Source of the DNA: Acidimicrobiia bacterium
Lineage (GTDB): Bacteria; Actinomycetota; Acidimicrobiia; Acidimicrobiales; CATQHL01
DNA: 64,000 nucleotides
Assembly: GCA_009835395.1 (NCBI GenBank)
Contig: VXXM01000068.1
Coordinates: forward strand, 1,494 to 65,493
Reading direction: 5' to 3'
The translations under genes and the position numbers were made by a program. Positions 8,549-16,964 of the stretch are shown one piece after another. Every line of letters begins with the position of its first letter. Position 1 is the first letter of the stretch. The notes beneath the pieces were generated by a model. That model was not told where the DNA came from and ran no database searches. It saw only the letters and a list, made by a program, of their open reading frames with translations.

Positions 8549-9361
8549 CTACTCGCCGGTGTAGTTGGGCTTTCGTTTTTGGACGAAGGCTTCGACGCCC
8601 TCGCGGAAGTCGGCTGTGGTGCGGAGGAAGCCGTAGGCGAGGCCCTCCAACTCGAGGCCCACGGGCAGCGGGCCGTCGTAGGCCTGGTTGAGGACCCGCT
8701 TCGCCATTCGGAGCGCCAGGGTGGGGAGTTTCGTGAGTTCGGCCACCAGGCGGTCGGTGGCCGTGTCGAGTTCGGCCCGGGGGACGACCTCGGACACCAG
8801 GCCGACGGCCATCGCCTCGTCCGCCGGCATGCGCCGGCCGCGCATCACCAGGTCCTTGGCTCGGCCCAGGCCGATCATGCGGGCCAGGCGCTGCGAGCCG
8901 CCGCTGCCGGGGATCATGCCGATGGACACCTCGGGCTGGCCGAGTTGCAGGTCGTCGGCGGCGATGCGGAAGTCGCAGGCGAGGGCGAGTTCCAGACCCA
9001 CGCCGAAGGTGAAGCCGTGCAGCTTGGCGATCACCGGCTTCGGGCAGCGCTCGGGGGCGGCCACGTTGTGGTGCAGGCGGGTGAGCACCTCCGGTGAGGC
9101 CTCCAGGAAGCCGGCGATGTCGCCGCCGGCGGTGAAGGCCCGCTCCCCCGCCCCGGCCAGCACGACCACGCGCACATCCGGGTCGCGGCCGCATGCCTCG
9201 AAAAGCGCCGAGAGGTGCTCGCGGGCCAGCATCGAGACGCGGTTCAGCTTGCCCGGCACGTCCAGGGTGATGGTGGCTGTGCCCCGCTCGGGATCGCGCT
9301 CGAAGCGCAGGCCGTCCAAGTCCTCGGGGTAGCTCACCGGTTCGGGATCTGTCGCAGGCAC
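8549..9361 (-). CDS. Enoyl-CoA hydratase/isomerase (crotonase) family protein, in the HmfE-like position
   Basis: Crotonase fold motifs are present (VVVLAGAGERAFTAGGDI..., GFTFGVGLELALACDFRIAA, GMIPGSGGSQRL). The GTG at 9361 sits 6 nt after GAAGGAG. Confidence 0.88.
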   Translation of the reverse strand: MPATDPEPVSYPEDLDGLRFERDPERGTATITLDVPGKLNRVSMLAREHLSALFEACGRDPDVRVVVLAGAGERAFTAGGDIAGFLEASPEVLTRLHHNVAAPERCPKPVIAKLHGFTFGVGLELALACDFRIAADDLQLGQPEVSIGMIPGSGGSQRLARMIGLGRAKDLVMRGRRMPADEAMAVGLVSEVVPRAELDTATDRLVAELTKLPTLALRMAKRVLNQAYDGPLPVGLELEGLAYGFLRTTADFREGVEAFVQKRKPNYTGE

Positions 9362-9377
9362 GGATCGGCTCCTTCGG

Positions 9378-10976
9378 TCATCGTCGCAGTCCAGCATTCT
9401 GCTCGCGCAGGACGCGGCGCAGGATCTTGCCGGACGGGCTCTTCGGCAGGGCTTCAGGAAAGCGGTACCGGCGGGGGCGCTTGAAGCGGGCCAGGTCGGC
9501 GGACTCCAGGCAGTAGGCGTCGAGCCGGGCCACGGCGGCGTGCTCGCCGGCCTCGGCAAGCTCGTCGTCGAGCACCACGAAGGCGGTGACCGCCTGGCCC
9601 CAGCGGTCGTCGGGCAGGCCGACCACCGCCACCTCCCGCACGCCCGGTGCCCGCTCCAGCACGTCCTCCACCTCCAGAGGGTGGACGTTCTCGCCGCCGC
9701 TGATGATCATGTCGTCGATCCGGCCGACGATCCAGAGGTTGCCGTCGTCGTCGAGGCGGCCCAGGTCACCGGTGAAGTACCAGTCGCCGCGGATCGCCCT
9801 GGCGTCGGCGTCGGGGCGGTTCCAGTAGCCGGCGAAGGCCTCATCGGAGCCGAGATGGCAGATGATCTCGCCGGTCTCGCCCGGCGCCACCTCGTCGTCG
9901 GGCCCGGTACCGGGTTCGGGGCGCACCAGGCGCAGCCGGGCGTTGGTGGCCGGCCGGCCGGCGCAGCCGGGAGCGGCGCGCTGATCGAAGTCGACCGAGT
10001 AGGTGTAGATCTCGGTGGAGCCGTAGTGATTGATGAACACCTCGGGGGCGAAGACCGCGACGCAGCGCTCCACGAGAGCGCTGGTCATGGCAGCCCCGGC
10101 GTAGGCCAGCGAGTGCACGCTGGACACGTCGGCGCCCGCGAGGTCCGGCAAGTGGACCAGATCGTGGAACAGCGTCGGGGCCAGGTACAGAGATCCGATT
10201 CGCTCAGACTCGATGAGTTCCAGTGCCGCCGCCGCGTCCCAGTCGGGTTGGCAGACGAAGCAGCCGCCGACGATCTGCGCCGCCAAGACCGTGTGGATGC
10301 CCATGGTGTGGTACAGCGGCATCACGCCGAGCGTGCGCTCGCCGGGCCGGTAGCTCTGGTGTAGCGACTGCGACAGACCGCCGGCCCGCTCGGCGGCGTG
10401 ACTGCGGGGCACCCCCTTGGGCCGGCCGGTGGTGCCGGAGGTGTACAGGAAGATGGACGTCTCACGGTCGTCCAGATCCTCGGGCGCGCCGGGCGCCTCA
10501 CCGGCTGCCAGCAGGCTCTCGTACGGCTCGCAGGGTTGCGCCTCGCCCCCGGCGCAGAACCGTGCCGCCAGGTCGGCGGAGGATCCGGCGCCGGCGGTGC
10601 CGACCGCCACGAATCGATCCACCGCGTCCGTGCACGCCCGGGCGTGCTCGAGGCCGACGTCCTCGAAGGCCACGACTGTGGCGCCGGAGTCGGCGACGCA
10701 GTAGGCCACGTCAGCGGCCGCAACCCGCCACGACAGCGGCACCACGACAGCCCCGAGCCACTGGCAGGCCCAGTACAACTCGACGGCCTCCCGGCGATTC
10801 TTCAACACGAGGGCCATCCGGTCGCCGCGGCCGACGCCCAACGATGCGAGCCCGCCCGCGACCTTGGCGGCGACCCGCTGCAAGTCCCGGTAGTCCAGAC
10901 AGGAGTCCCCGTCCACGACGGCGTCGGCCTCGGGCGTGCGCTCGGCGGCGTACAGCAGCGAGAGGCCCAGGTTCAC
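9378..10976 (-). CDS. AMP-dependent acyl/aryl-CoA ligase, in the HmfD-like position
   Basis: Motifs LYTSGTTGRPKGV, ...YGSTE..., ...GDWYFTGDLGRLDDDGNLWIVGRIDDMIISGGENV... and ...PKSPSGKILRR. The GTG at 10976 overlaps the upstream stop (GTGA). Confidence 0.9.
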   Translation of the reverse strand: MNLGLSLLYAAERTPEADAVVDGDSCLDYRDLQRVAAKVAGGLASLGVGRGDRMALVLKNRREAVELYWACQWLGAVVVPLSWRVAAADVAYCVADSGATVVAFEDVGLEHARACTDAVDRFVAVGTAGAGSSADLAARFCAGGEAQPCEPYESLLAAGEAPGAPEDLDDRETSIFLYTSGTTGRPKGVPRSHAAERAGGLSQSLHQSYRPGERTLGVMPLYHTMGIHTVLAAQIVGGCFVCQPDWDAAAALELIESERIGSLYLAPTLFHDLVHLPDLAGADVSSVHSLAYAGAAMTSALVERCVAVFAPEVFINHYGSTEIYTYSVDFDQRAAPGCAGRPATNARLRLVRPEPGTGPDDEVAPGETGEIICHLGSDEAFAGYWNRPDADARAIRGDWYFTGDLGRLDDDGNLWIVGRIDDMIISGGENVHPLEVEDVLERAPGVREVAVVGLPDDRWGQAVTAFVVLDDELAEAGEHAAVARLDAYCLESADLARFKRPRRYRFPEALPKSPSGKILRRVLREQNAGLRR

Positions 10977-11464
10977 GACGTCACTTCGGGCGTAGTGCCG
11001 GTGCCGGCCACGGCCGCGATGGCGTCGATGATGGGGGCGTAGCCGGTGCAGCGGCAGAGGTGCCCCGAGAGCATCTCGGCGATCTCGCGGCGGGTCGGCG
11101 TCGGGTTGTGGGCCAGGAAGTCCAGCGCGGCCATCAGGATGCCGGGCGTGCAGAAGCCGCATTGCAGGGCGAAGTGCTCCCGGAAGGCCTCCTGCAGCGG
11201 GTGCAGCCGGTCACCGGAGGCCAGGCCCTCCACGGTGCGCAGCTCGGTGCCGTCGGCCTGGGCGGCCAGCAGCAGGCACGAGCGCACGGCCGCGCCCTCG
11301 AGGTGCACGGTGCAGGAGCCGCACACCCCGTGCTCGCAGCCCACGTGCGTGCCGGTGAGTCCGAGGCGCTGGCGCAGGAAGTCCGAGAGCAGCATCCGGT
11401 CGGATGCCGCCTCGCGGTAGCGCCGGCCGTTGACGGTGACGGCGATCTCGCGGTGGTCGCTCAC
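10973..11464 (-). CDS. (2Fe-2S)-binding small subunit of a xanthine-dehydrogenase-family Mo-hydroxylase
   Basis: Two [2Fe-2S] cysteine motifs are present: GCEHGVCGSCTV and CGFCTPG...CRCTGY. The GTG start overlaps the upstream stop (GTGA). Confidence 0.93.
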   Translation of the reverse strand: MSDHREIAVTVNGRRYREAASDRMLLSDFLRQRLGLTGTHVGCEHGVCGSCTVHLEGAAVRSCLLLAAQADGTELRTVEGLASGDRLHPLQEAFREHFALQCGFCTPGILMAALDFLAHNPTPTRREIAEMLSGHLCRCTGYAPIIDAIAAVAGTGTTPEVTS

Positions 11465-12360
11465 GGGCCGCCCTCCCCCGCCCGGTCATCCGCGTCCAGC
11501 CAGCCCTGGCGGATCACCTGCTCGCTCAGCAGGCTCACGAGTTGCCGCCGGTAGGCCACCGAGGCGTGCAGATCCTCGAACGGCTGGGCCGCAGCGGCGG
11601 CCAGACTCGCCGCCTCACGCACCGCCTCATCGCCGGCAGCCCCGTCCAGGCTCTGACCCACCAGGACGCCGGCAGCCTCGCCGGCCAGCAGCGGCCGATC
11701 GGCCACCGCCCCCAGACCCAGCCGCACCTCGGCAACCACCCCGTCTCGGCGCCGCAGCGCGCAGGCCGCCATGGCGAGCGCGTAGTCGCCGTGTCGCTGG
11801 GCCATCTCGGCGAAGCCGTAGCCCCAGCCCGGCGCCGCAGCCGGCCAGCGAACGTCGGTGAGCAACTCGTCGGGTTCCAGGGCCGACGTGAAGTGGTACA
11901 GGAACAGATCCTCGGCGGCGATGCTGCGCCGACCACGCCGCGACTCCGCAAGCACCGAACCGCCCAGGGTGAGCAGCACCAGCGGCAGCTCGCCGCGGGC
12001 GTCGGCATGCGCCAGCGAGCCGCCGACCGTGCCCCGGTTGCGGGTCACGAAGTGCCCGATGTAGGGCGCGCAGGCGGCCGTCAGCGGCAGCGCCCCGCGC
12101 AGCTGCGGCGAACGCTCGAACGCCGACTGACGCAGCATGGCCCCGGTGGTCACATCGCCGTTGTCGGCGCGCACTTCGGCGAGGCCCCCGACGCGGTTCA
12201 CGTCGACGAGGACCTCGGGGCGCGCCAGGCGCATGTTCAGCATGGGGACGAGGCTGCAGCCGCCGGCCAGCACCTTGGCCTCATCGCCATGGGTGGCCAG
12301 CAGAGCCAGGGCCTCCTCCAGGCTGTCCGGGCGCACGTAACGGAACGGCGGCGGCTTCAC
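11461..12360 (-). CDS. FAD-binding medium subunit of the Mo-hydroxylase (CoxM/XdhB-like)
   Basis: N-terminus reads F.YVRPDSLEEALALLATHGDEAKVLAGGCSLVPMLNMR, with a ...GTVGGSLAHADA... FAD-binding fold. There is no extra Cys cluster. The GTG start overlaps the upstream stop. Confidence 0.9.
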   Translation of the reverse strand: MKPPPFRYVRPDSLEEALALLATHGDEAKVLAGGCSLVPMLNMRLARPEVLVDVNRVGGLAEVRADNGDVTTGAMLRQSAFERSPQLRGALPLTAACAPYIGHFVTRNRGTVGGSLAHADARGELPLVLLTLGGSVLAESRRGRRSIAAEDLFLYHFTSALEPDELLTDVRWPAAAPGWGYGFAEMAQRHGDYALAMAACALRRRDGVVAEVRLGLGAVADRPLLAGEAAGVLVGQSLDGAAGDEAVREAASLAAAAAQPFEDLHASVAYRRQLVSLLSEQVIRQGWLDADDRAGEGGP

Positions 12361-14762
12361 GAGCCTTCCCTCCCGCCGGCGCCGGCAAGGGCCTCCCAGA
12401 CTCGCGGTGCGGTCAGTGGAAGGTCGGGTCCGTCGAGGCCCAGAGCGTCGCAGACGGCGTTGGCCAGGGCGGCGGGGGCGCTCATGGTGTTGCCCTCCCC
12501 GAGGCCCTTGGCGCCGAGCGGCGTGAAGGGCGACGGTGTGCAGCGGTGCAGGATGCGCAGATCGGCCACCTCGGTCGAGGTGGCGCAGAGATAGTCCATG
12601 AAGCTGCCGGTCAGCAGGTTGCCGTCGTCGTCGTGGACGGTCTGCTCCAGCAGGGCCGGACCCAGGCCGTGGGCGAAGCTCCCCAGGATCTGGCCGTCCA
12701 CCAGGCGGGGGTGCAGCAGCGTGCCCGCGTCGTGCACCGTGACGTAGTCGAGGATCCGCACCTCACCGGTCGCGATGTCCACCTCCACCACCGCCACGTC
12801 GACCACGAACCCGTGCGCCGCCGAGGAGGCCACCTCGTCGGCGTCGTTGGGCGGGTCCAGGTTCGGGGCCGACACGAAGGCGGTCACCGCCAAGCCCGGC
12901 TCCAGCCCCGCCGGCAGCGACTCGGGATTCCAGTGCGCCGCCCCGGCGAGGCGGCGCAGCGAGACGCCGCGGTCGGGCTGGCCCACCACGCGGGCCTGCC
13001 CGTCGACGAGTTCCACGTCGGCCGGCGCGCACTCCAGGACGTCGCCCGCGATGCGGCGCAGCTTCCGCGCCAGTTGCGCCGCCGCCTCGGCGACGGCCGC
13101 GGCCCCGATCCCGGCGAAGCGGGAGGAGTAGTTCCCCGACGACACCGTCCAGGCGTTCACGTGGGTGTCCATCTCGCTCTGGACCTCCACGTCGGCGGGG
13201 CTGAGACCCAGGACGTCGGCGGCCACCTGGGCGGCCACGGTCCGGTGACCCTGCCCCTGCGGCACGGTGGAGAGCCGCACGGTCACCCCGCCGAGGGGGT
13301 TCATGGCCAGCGTGGCGCCCTCGGCATTGCCGGACTTCGGCCAGCCCCTGGCGCGCTCCTCCGCCGTCTCGGCGAGGGAGATGTAGCCCATGTTCGAGAT
13401 CGACGGCTCCACCACGCAGGCCAGCCCGATGCCCAGGCGCAGGCGGTCATCCCCGCCGGCGCGCCGCTCGGCTTGGCGTCGCCGCAGGCCCTCGTAGTCC
13501 ACGGCCTCGATCGCGTCGTCGAGGCAGGCGGCGTAGTCGCCGGAGTCGTACAGGCCACCTGTCGGCGTCCGGTACGGGAACGCCTCGGGCGGCACGAGGT
13601 TCCTGCGCGCCACCTCGACGGGGTCGAGACCCAGGCGGGCGGCGCCCCGCTCCATGATGCGCTCCAGTGCCAGGTACAGCTGCGGTCCGCCGAAGCCCCG
13701 GTTCAGCCCGGTCGGGCAGCGGTTGGTGTGGACGACCCGGTTGCGCACGGCCACGTTGTGCACGGCGTAGGCGCCGGTCAGCGAGCCGTGCATCCGGTAG
13801 AGGGTGGCCGGCTCGGGCGCCCGCAGGTAGGCCCCCACGTCCTCGATCACGTCGTAGCGCAGTGCCAGCAACTCGCCGTCGGCGGCGAAGGCGGCCTCCA
13901 CGTCGGTCACCCGGTGCGTGGCCGATCCGCTCGCAGCGAGATGCTCGACACGGTCCTCGATCCAGCGCACCGGCACACCGCAGATCTTCGAGGTGAGGCC
14001 GGCCAGGACGATGTAGCCGAACACGCCGGCCTTCACGCCGAAGCTCCCGCCGGAATCGGGCGGGGTGACGAGACGCAGCCGGGCGGCGGGCAGCCCCAGG
14101 GCTCCGGCCGCGACGGTGTGCAGGGTGAACGGCCCCTGGAAGTTGGCCCACACCGTGAGCGAGTCCGCGGCGTGGTCCCAATCGGCGATCACGCCGAAGC
14201 ACTCCACCGGGGCGGCGATCCAGCGACCGAACGGGAACCGGCCTCGAACCAGGGCGTGAGCGGCGGCGAACGCGGCCTCGGGGTCGCCGTAGCGGAACGA
14301 CCGATCCGACACCACCCGGCCCGCCTCGGCCGCCGCCAGTGGATCCACCAGCGCCTCGAGCGGCTCGTAGTCCACGTCCACCAGTTCCGCGGCGTCTTCT
14401 GCCAGGTAGCGGTCCCGCGCCACCACGACCGCCACCGGCTCGCCGGCGTAGCGGGCGACGTCTACGGCCACCGCGTGATGCTCGGTGGCGCCGCGGATCA
14501 CCGCTCCCAGGGGCCGGCCGGTCGCCGCCAGGTCGGCGCCTGTGAGCACCGCCAGGGTGCCCGGCGACGCCGCGGCGGCCGAGGTGTCGATGCCGCGGAT
14601 CCGCGCATGCGCGAACGGTGACCGCACCAGCGCCAGGTGCATCGCCCCCGGGACCGGCGAGAGATCGTCGATGAAGCGCCCCCGGCCCCGCAGCAGCGTC
14701 TCGTCCTCCACCCGGTGCGGGGTGGCGCCGATCCATCCGCCCGAGGCGCTCGCGCCGCTCAC
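12357..14762 (-). CDS. Molybdopterin-binding large subunit of a xanthine-dehydrogenase-family hydroxylase (801 aa)
   Basis: N-terminus reads RVEDETLLRGRGRFIDD.... The active-site loop is ...GLNRGFGGPQ..., which is XDH-like RGFGGPQ rather than the CODH AYXCSFR loop. The GTG at 14762 is preceded by GGAAGGG. Confidence 0.9.
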   Translation of the reverse strand: MSGASASGGWIGATPHRVEDETLLRGRGRFIDDLSPVPGAMHLALVRSPFAHARIRGIDTSAAAASPGTLAVLTGADLAATGRPLGAVIRGATEHHAVAVDVARYAGEPVAVVVARDRYLAEDAAELVDVDYEPLEALVDPLAAAEAGRVVSDRSFRYGDPEAAFAAAHALVRGRFPFGRWIAAPVECFGVIADWDHAADSLTVWANFQGPFTLHTVAAGALGLPAARLRLVTPPDSGGSFGVKAGVFGYIVLAGLTSKICGVPVRWIEDRVEHLAASGSATHRVTDVEAAFAADGELLALRYDVIEDVGAYLRAPEPATLYRMHGSLTGAYAVHNVAVRNRVVHTNRCPTGLNRGFGGPQLYLALERIMERGAARLGLDPVEVARRNLVPPEAFPYRTPTGGLYDSGDYAACLDDAIEAVDYEGLRRRQAERRAGGDDRLRLGIGLACVVEPSISNMGYISLAETAEERARGWPKSGNAEGATLAMNPLGGVTVRLSTVPQGQGHRTVAAQVAADVLGLSPADVEVQSEMDTHVNAWTVSSGNYSSRFAGIGAAAVAEAAAQLARKLRRIAGDVLECAPADVELVDGQARVVGQPDRGVSLRRLAGAAHWNPESLPAGLEPGLAVTAFVSAPNLDPPNDADEVASSAAHGFVVDVAVVEVDIATGEVRILDYVTVHDAGTLLHPRLVDGQILGSFAHGLGPALLEQTVHDDDGNLLTGSFMDYLCATSTEVADLRILHRCTPSPFTPLGAKGLGEGNTMSAPAALANAVCDALGLDGPDLPLTAPRVWEALAGAGGREGS

Positions 14763-14813
14763 GTCGCCCTTCCGGGGCCCGGGGTCCGCATCGCAGCTGT
14801 CACAGCGAGGTGC

Positions 14814-15989
14814 TCAGCCGTCCCCACCGGAGTCCAGAGCCTGCGCCACCAACTCCAGCGGGTGGCGCACGTCCAGACCGGCCGCCGCCAGGTGCAGGGA
14901 GCAACCGGGGTTGGCGCTGGCGACCACCGACGCCCCTGAACGTTCCACTGCCGCGGTCTTGCGGGCCCGGATGGCCATCGCCAGCTCGGGTTCCAGCATC
15001 GAGTAGGCGCCGCCGGCACCGCAGCAGAGGCCGTCGTCGTCGAGGGTCACCAGCTCCCGCACGAACGGCCCCAGCACCACCGGCACCGCCTCGTGGCTGC
15101 GCTGCGCATGGCGCAGGTGGCACGGGTCCTGCACGGCCACGGTCAACTCCAGCGGCGCGGCGGGGCGGCTGCCCAGCAGCACGTCGAGCCGGTCCGCCAG
15201 CCACTCGTGGACGTCGAACACGCGGGCCGCGAAGTCACGCGCCTCGGCAGTCCCCAGCAGGCGCCCGTAGTGCTTCATCGCCGCCCCGCAGCCCGCGGAG
15301 TCCACGAGCACGGGCCGGTCGTCAGCCGACAGGGCAGCCATGACCTGGCGGGCCATGGCGACGGCGTCGGGCTCCAAACCGGCGTGGGCGTGCAGCGCGC
15401 CGCAGCAGGGCGCCGCCCCGGCGGTGGGGGTCACGCCGACGCCAGCGGCTTCGAGGACCCGCTGGACGGCGAGATGGGTGTGACGCTGCCAGGCGTCCAT
15501 GACGCAGCCGGTGAAGAGCCAGACGTCGGACCCGGAGGCGCGGTGGCGGCCCCGGCGCAGCGGCAGGCGCGCCGGCAGGCCCAGCCGCCGGGCCGGCAGG
15601 AGGCCGAGCCGGCCGGCGAGCGCCAGCAGCGTGGAGCCGGCCAGCAGTAGGCGGCGGTGCCGCAGCAGCCTCAGCCCCAGACGCTGCCACCGCGGGGTGA
15701 TGCGCCTCTCGGCGGCCAGCGCGGCCCGGGTTCCCTCCATGAGGTGCCCGAAGGGCACACCGCTGGGGCAGGCCGTCTCGCAGCCGAGGCACTGCACGCA
15801 GGTCTCCATCGACCGCAGTACCTCGTGGGTGACCGGCGCCGCCTCGTCCTGCACCGCCCGCATTAGGGCGATGCGACCCCGCGGCGATTCGGTGTCGCGC
15901 CCGGTGATCACGAATGTCGGGCAGTGCGGCAGGCAGAGGCCGCACGCCACGCAGGAGTTGAGTTCGTCGTCGTCCAGACCGAGGTTCAT
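14814..15989 (-). CDS. glcF: Glycolate oxidase-type iron-sulfur subunit
   Basis: Two 4Fe-4S motifs (CVACGLCLPHCP and CVQCLGCETACP) plus CCG-domain-like C-terminal halves (...GCVMD..., ...CCGAGG...). The ATG at 15989 overlaps the upstream stop (TGATG). The 588-aa ORF is over-extended. Confidence 0.88.
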   Translation of the reverse strand: MNLGLDDDELNSCVACGLCLPHCPTFVITGRDTESPRGRIALMRAVQDEAAPVTHEVLRSMETCVQCLGCETACPSGVPFGHLMEGTRAALAAERRITPRWQRLGLRLLRHRRLLLAGSTLLALAGRLGLLPARRLGLPARLPLRRGRHRASGSDVWLFTGCVMDAWQRHTHLAVQRVLEAAGVGVTPTAGAAPCCGALHAHAGLEPDAVAMARQVMAALSADDRPVLVDSAGCGAAMKHYGRLLGTAEARDFAARVFDVHEWLADRLDVLLGSRPAAPLELTVAVQDPCHLRHAQRSHEAVPVVLGPFVRELVTLDDDGLCCGAGGAYSMLEPELAMAIRARKTAAVERSGASVVASANPGCSLHLAAAGLDVRHPLELVAQALDSGGDG

Positions 15990-16948
15990 CAGTTCCGCCG
16001 CAGCGGGTCGCGACCGGGGTTGAGGCGGCCGGTCGGATCGAAACGTTCCTTCATGCGCCGGTTCAGCTCGGCGACGCCCGGTGCCACAGGTCGGTGCGGT
16101 TGCGGCTCCGAGGCGTGCACCACACCGACTCCGATCTCGGCCACGAAGTCGATGCCAGCGGTGGCACCGTTCGGCGCCGCGCCGTTGCCGCTGCCGAAGG
16201 CGGCTGCCTCGGCCGGGGTGCACGACCAGCGGTGCGGCGGCAGCGCGGGTGGTCCCTCGACATCGGCCACCTCGCCGAGCTCGCCGAGAATCGCCCGGTC
16301 GGCGGCCGTGTCCGCGGCGTAGCCGCTCAGCAGCACCCAGGTCGCGCCGCCGTCCCAGAGGATCGAGTTGGCGGTGCGGCAGCGCTGCCACACCTGGCGG
16401 GGATCCACCGCCTCGAGGCGGAACCAAGCCTCCGACTCGGGGATCGGAACGGTGCGCAGCAGCGCCTCCCCGAGCAGGCCGAGGGTGCCGAGCGAGCCCA
16501 CGAGCAGCCGGCACAGGTCGAAGCCGCTGACGTTCTTCACCGTGCCGGCGCCGCCGGTGGCCACCCGCCCGTCGGCGCACACGTAGCGGGCCTGCAGCAG
16601 GGCGTCGCGCACGGGCCCGAGCCCCAGCCGGGTGATCGCCGACTCGCCGACCATCAATGCCCCGCCCACGGTGCCGCCCGGCCGCTCCGGCAGGGCGGTG
16701 CGCTGGCCCGAGGCAGCCAGGGCCTCGTGGAGTTCCGCCACGGTGGTGCCGGCGCGCACCCGCACCGTCATCTCGGCCGGCTCGAACGCCACAACGCCCG
16801 CCGGCGCGCGCAACTCCCGCGTGCCGGGCGCCACCTCGCCGCCGACGTGCCGACGGGTACCGCCGCCGCGCACGCCCACCGGCCCCTCCGGACCGACCTC
16901 GGTGGCGAAGTCGGTCAGCACCGGGTCGATCGTGCCCACGGTCGTCAT
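15989..16948 (-). CDS. glcE: Glycolate oxidase-type FAD-binding subunit
   Basis: FAD_binding_4-like fold (...FEPAEMTVRVRAGTTVAELHEAL...GGTVGGAL...VKNVSGFDLCRLLVGSLGTLG...) located between glcD and glcF. Confidence 0.8.
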   Translation of the reverse strand: MTTVGTIDPVLTDFATEVGPEGPVGVRGGGTRRHVGGEVAPGTRELRAPAGVVAFEPAEMTVRVRAGTTVAELHEALAASGQRTALPERPGGTVGGALMVGESAITRLGLGPVRDALLQARYVCADGRVATGGAGTVKNVSGFDLCRLLVGSLGTLGLLGEALLRTVPIPESEAWFRLEAVDPRQVWQRCRTANSILWDGGATWVLLSGYAADTAADRAILGELGEVADVEGPPALPPHRWSCTPAEAAAFGSGNGAAPNGATAGIDFVAEIGVGVVHASEPQPHRPVAPGVAELNRRMKERFDPTGRLNPGRDPLRRN

Positions 16949-16964
16949 CGCTGCCGCACCTCGC

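Noticed and set aside
14796-14806. A small inverted repeat GCTGT-C-ACAGC lies upstream of the Mo-hydroxylase large-subunit gene.
   Set aside because: The arms are only 5 bp, which is easily expected by chance in 64 kb. I could find no second copy in front of related genes.
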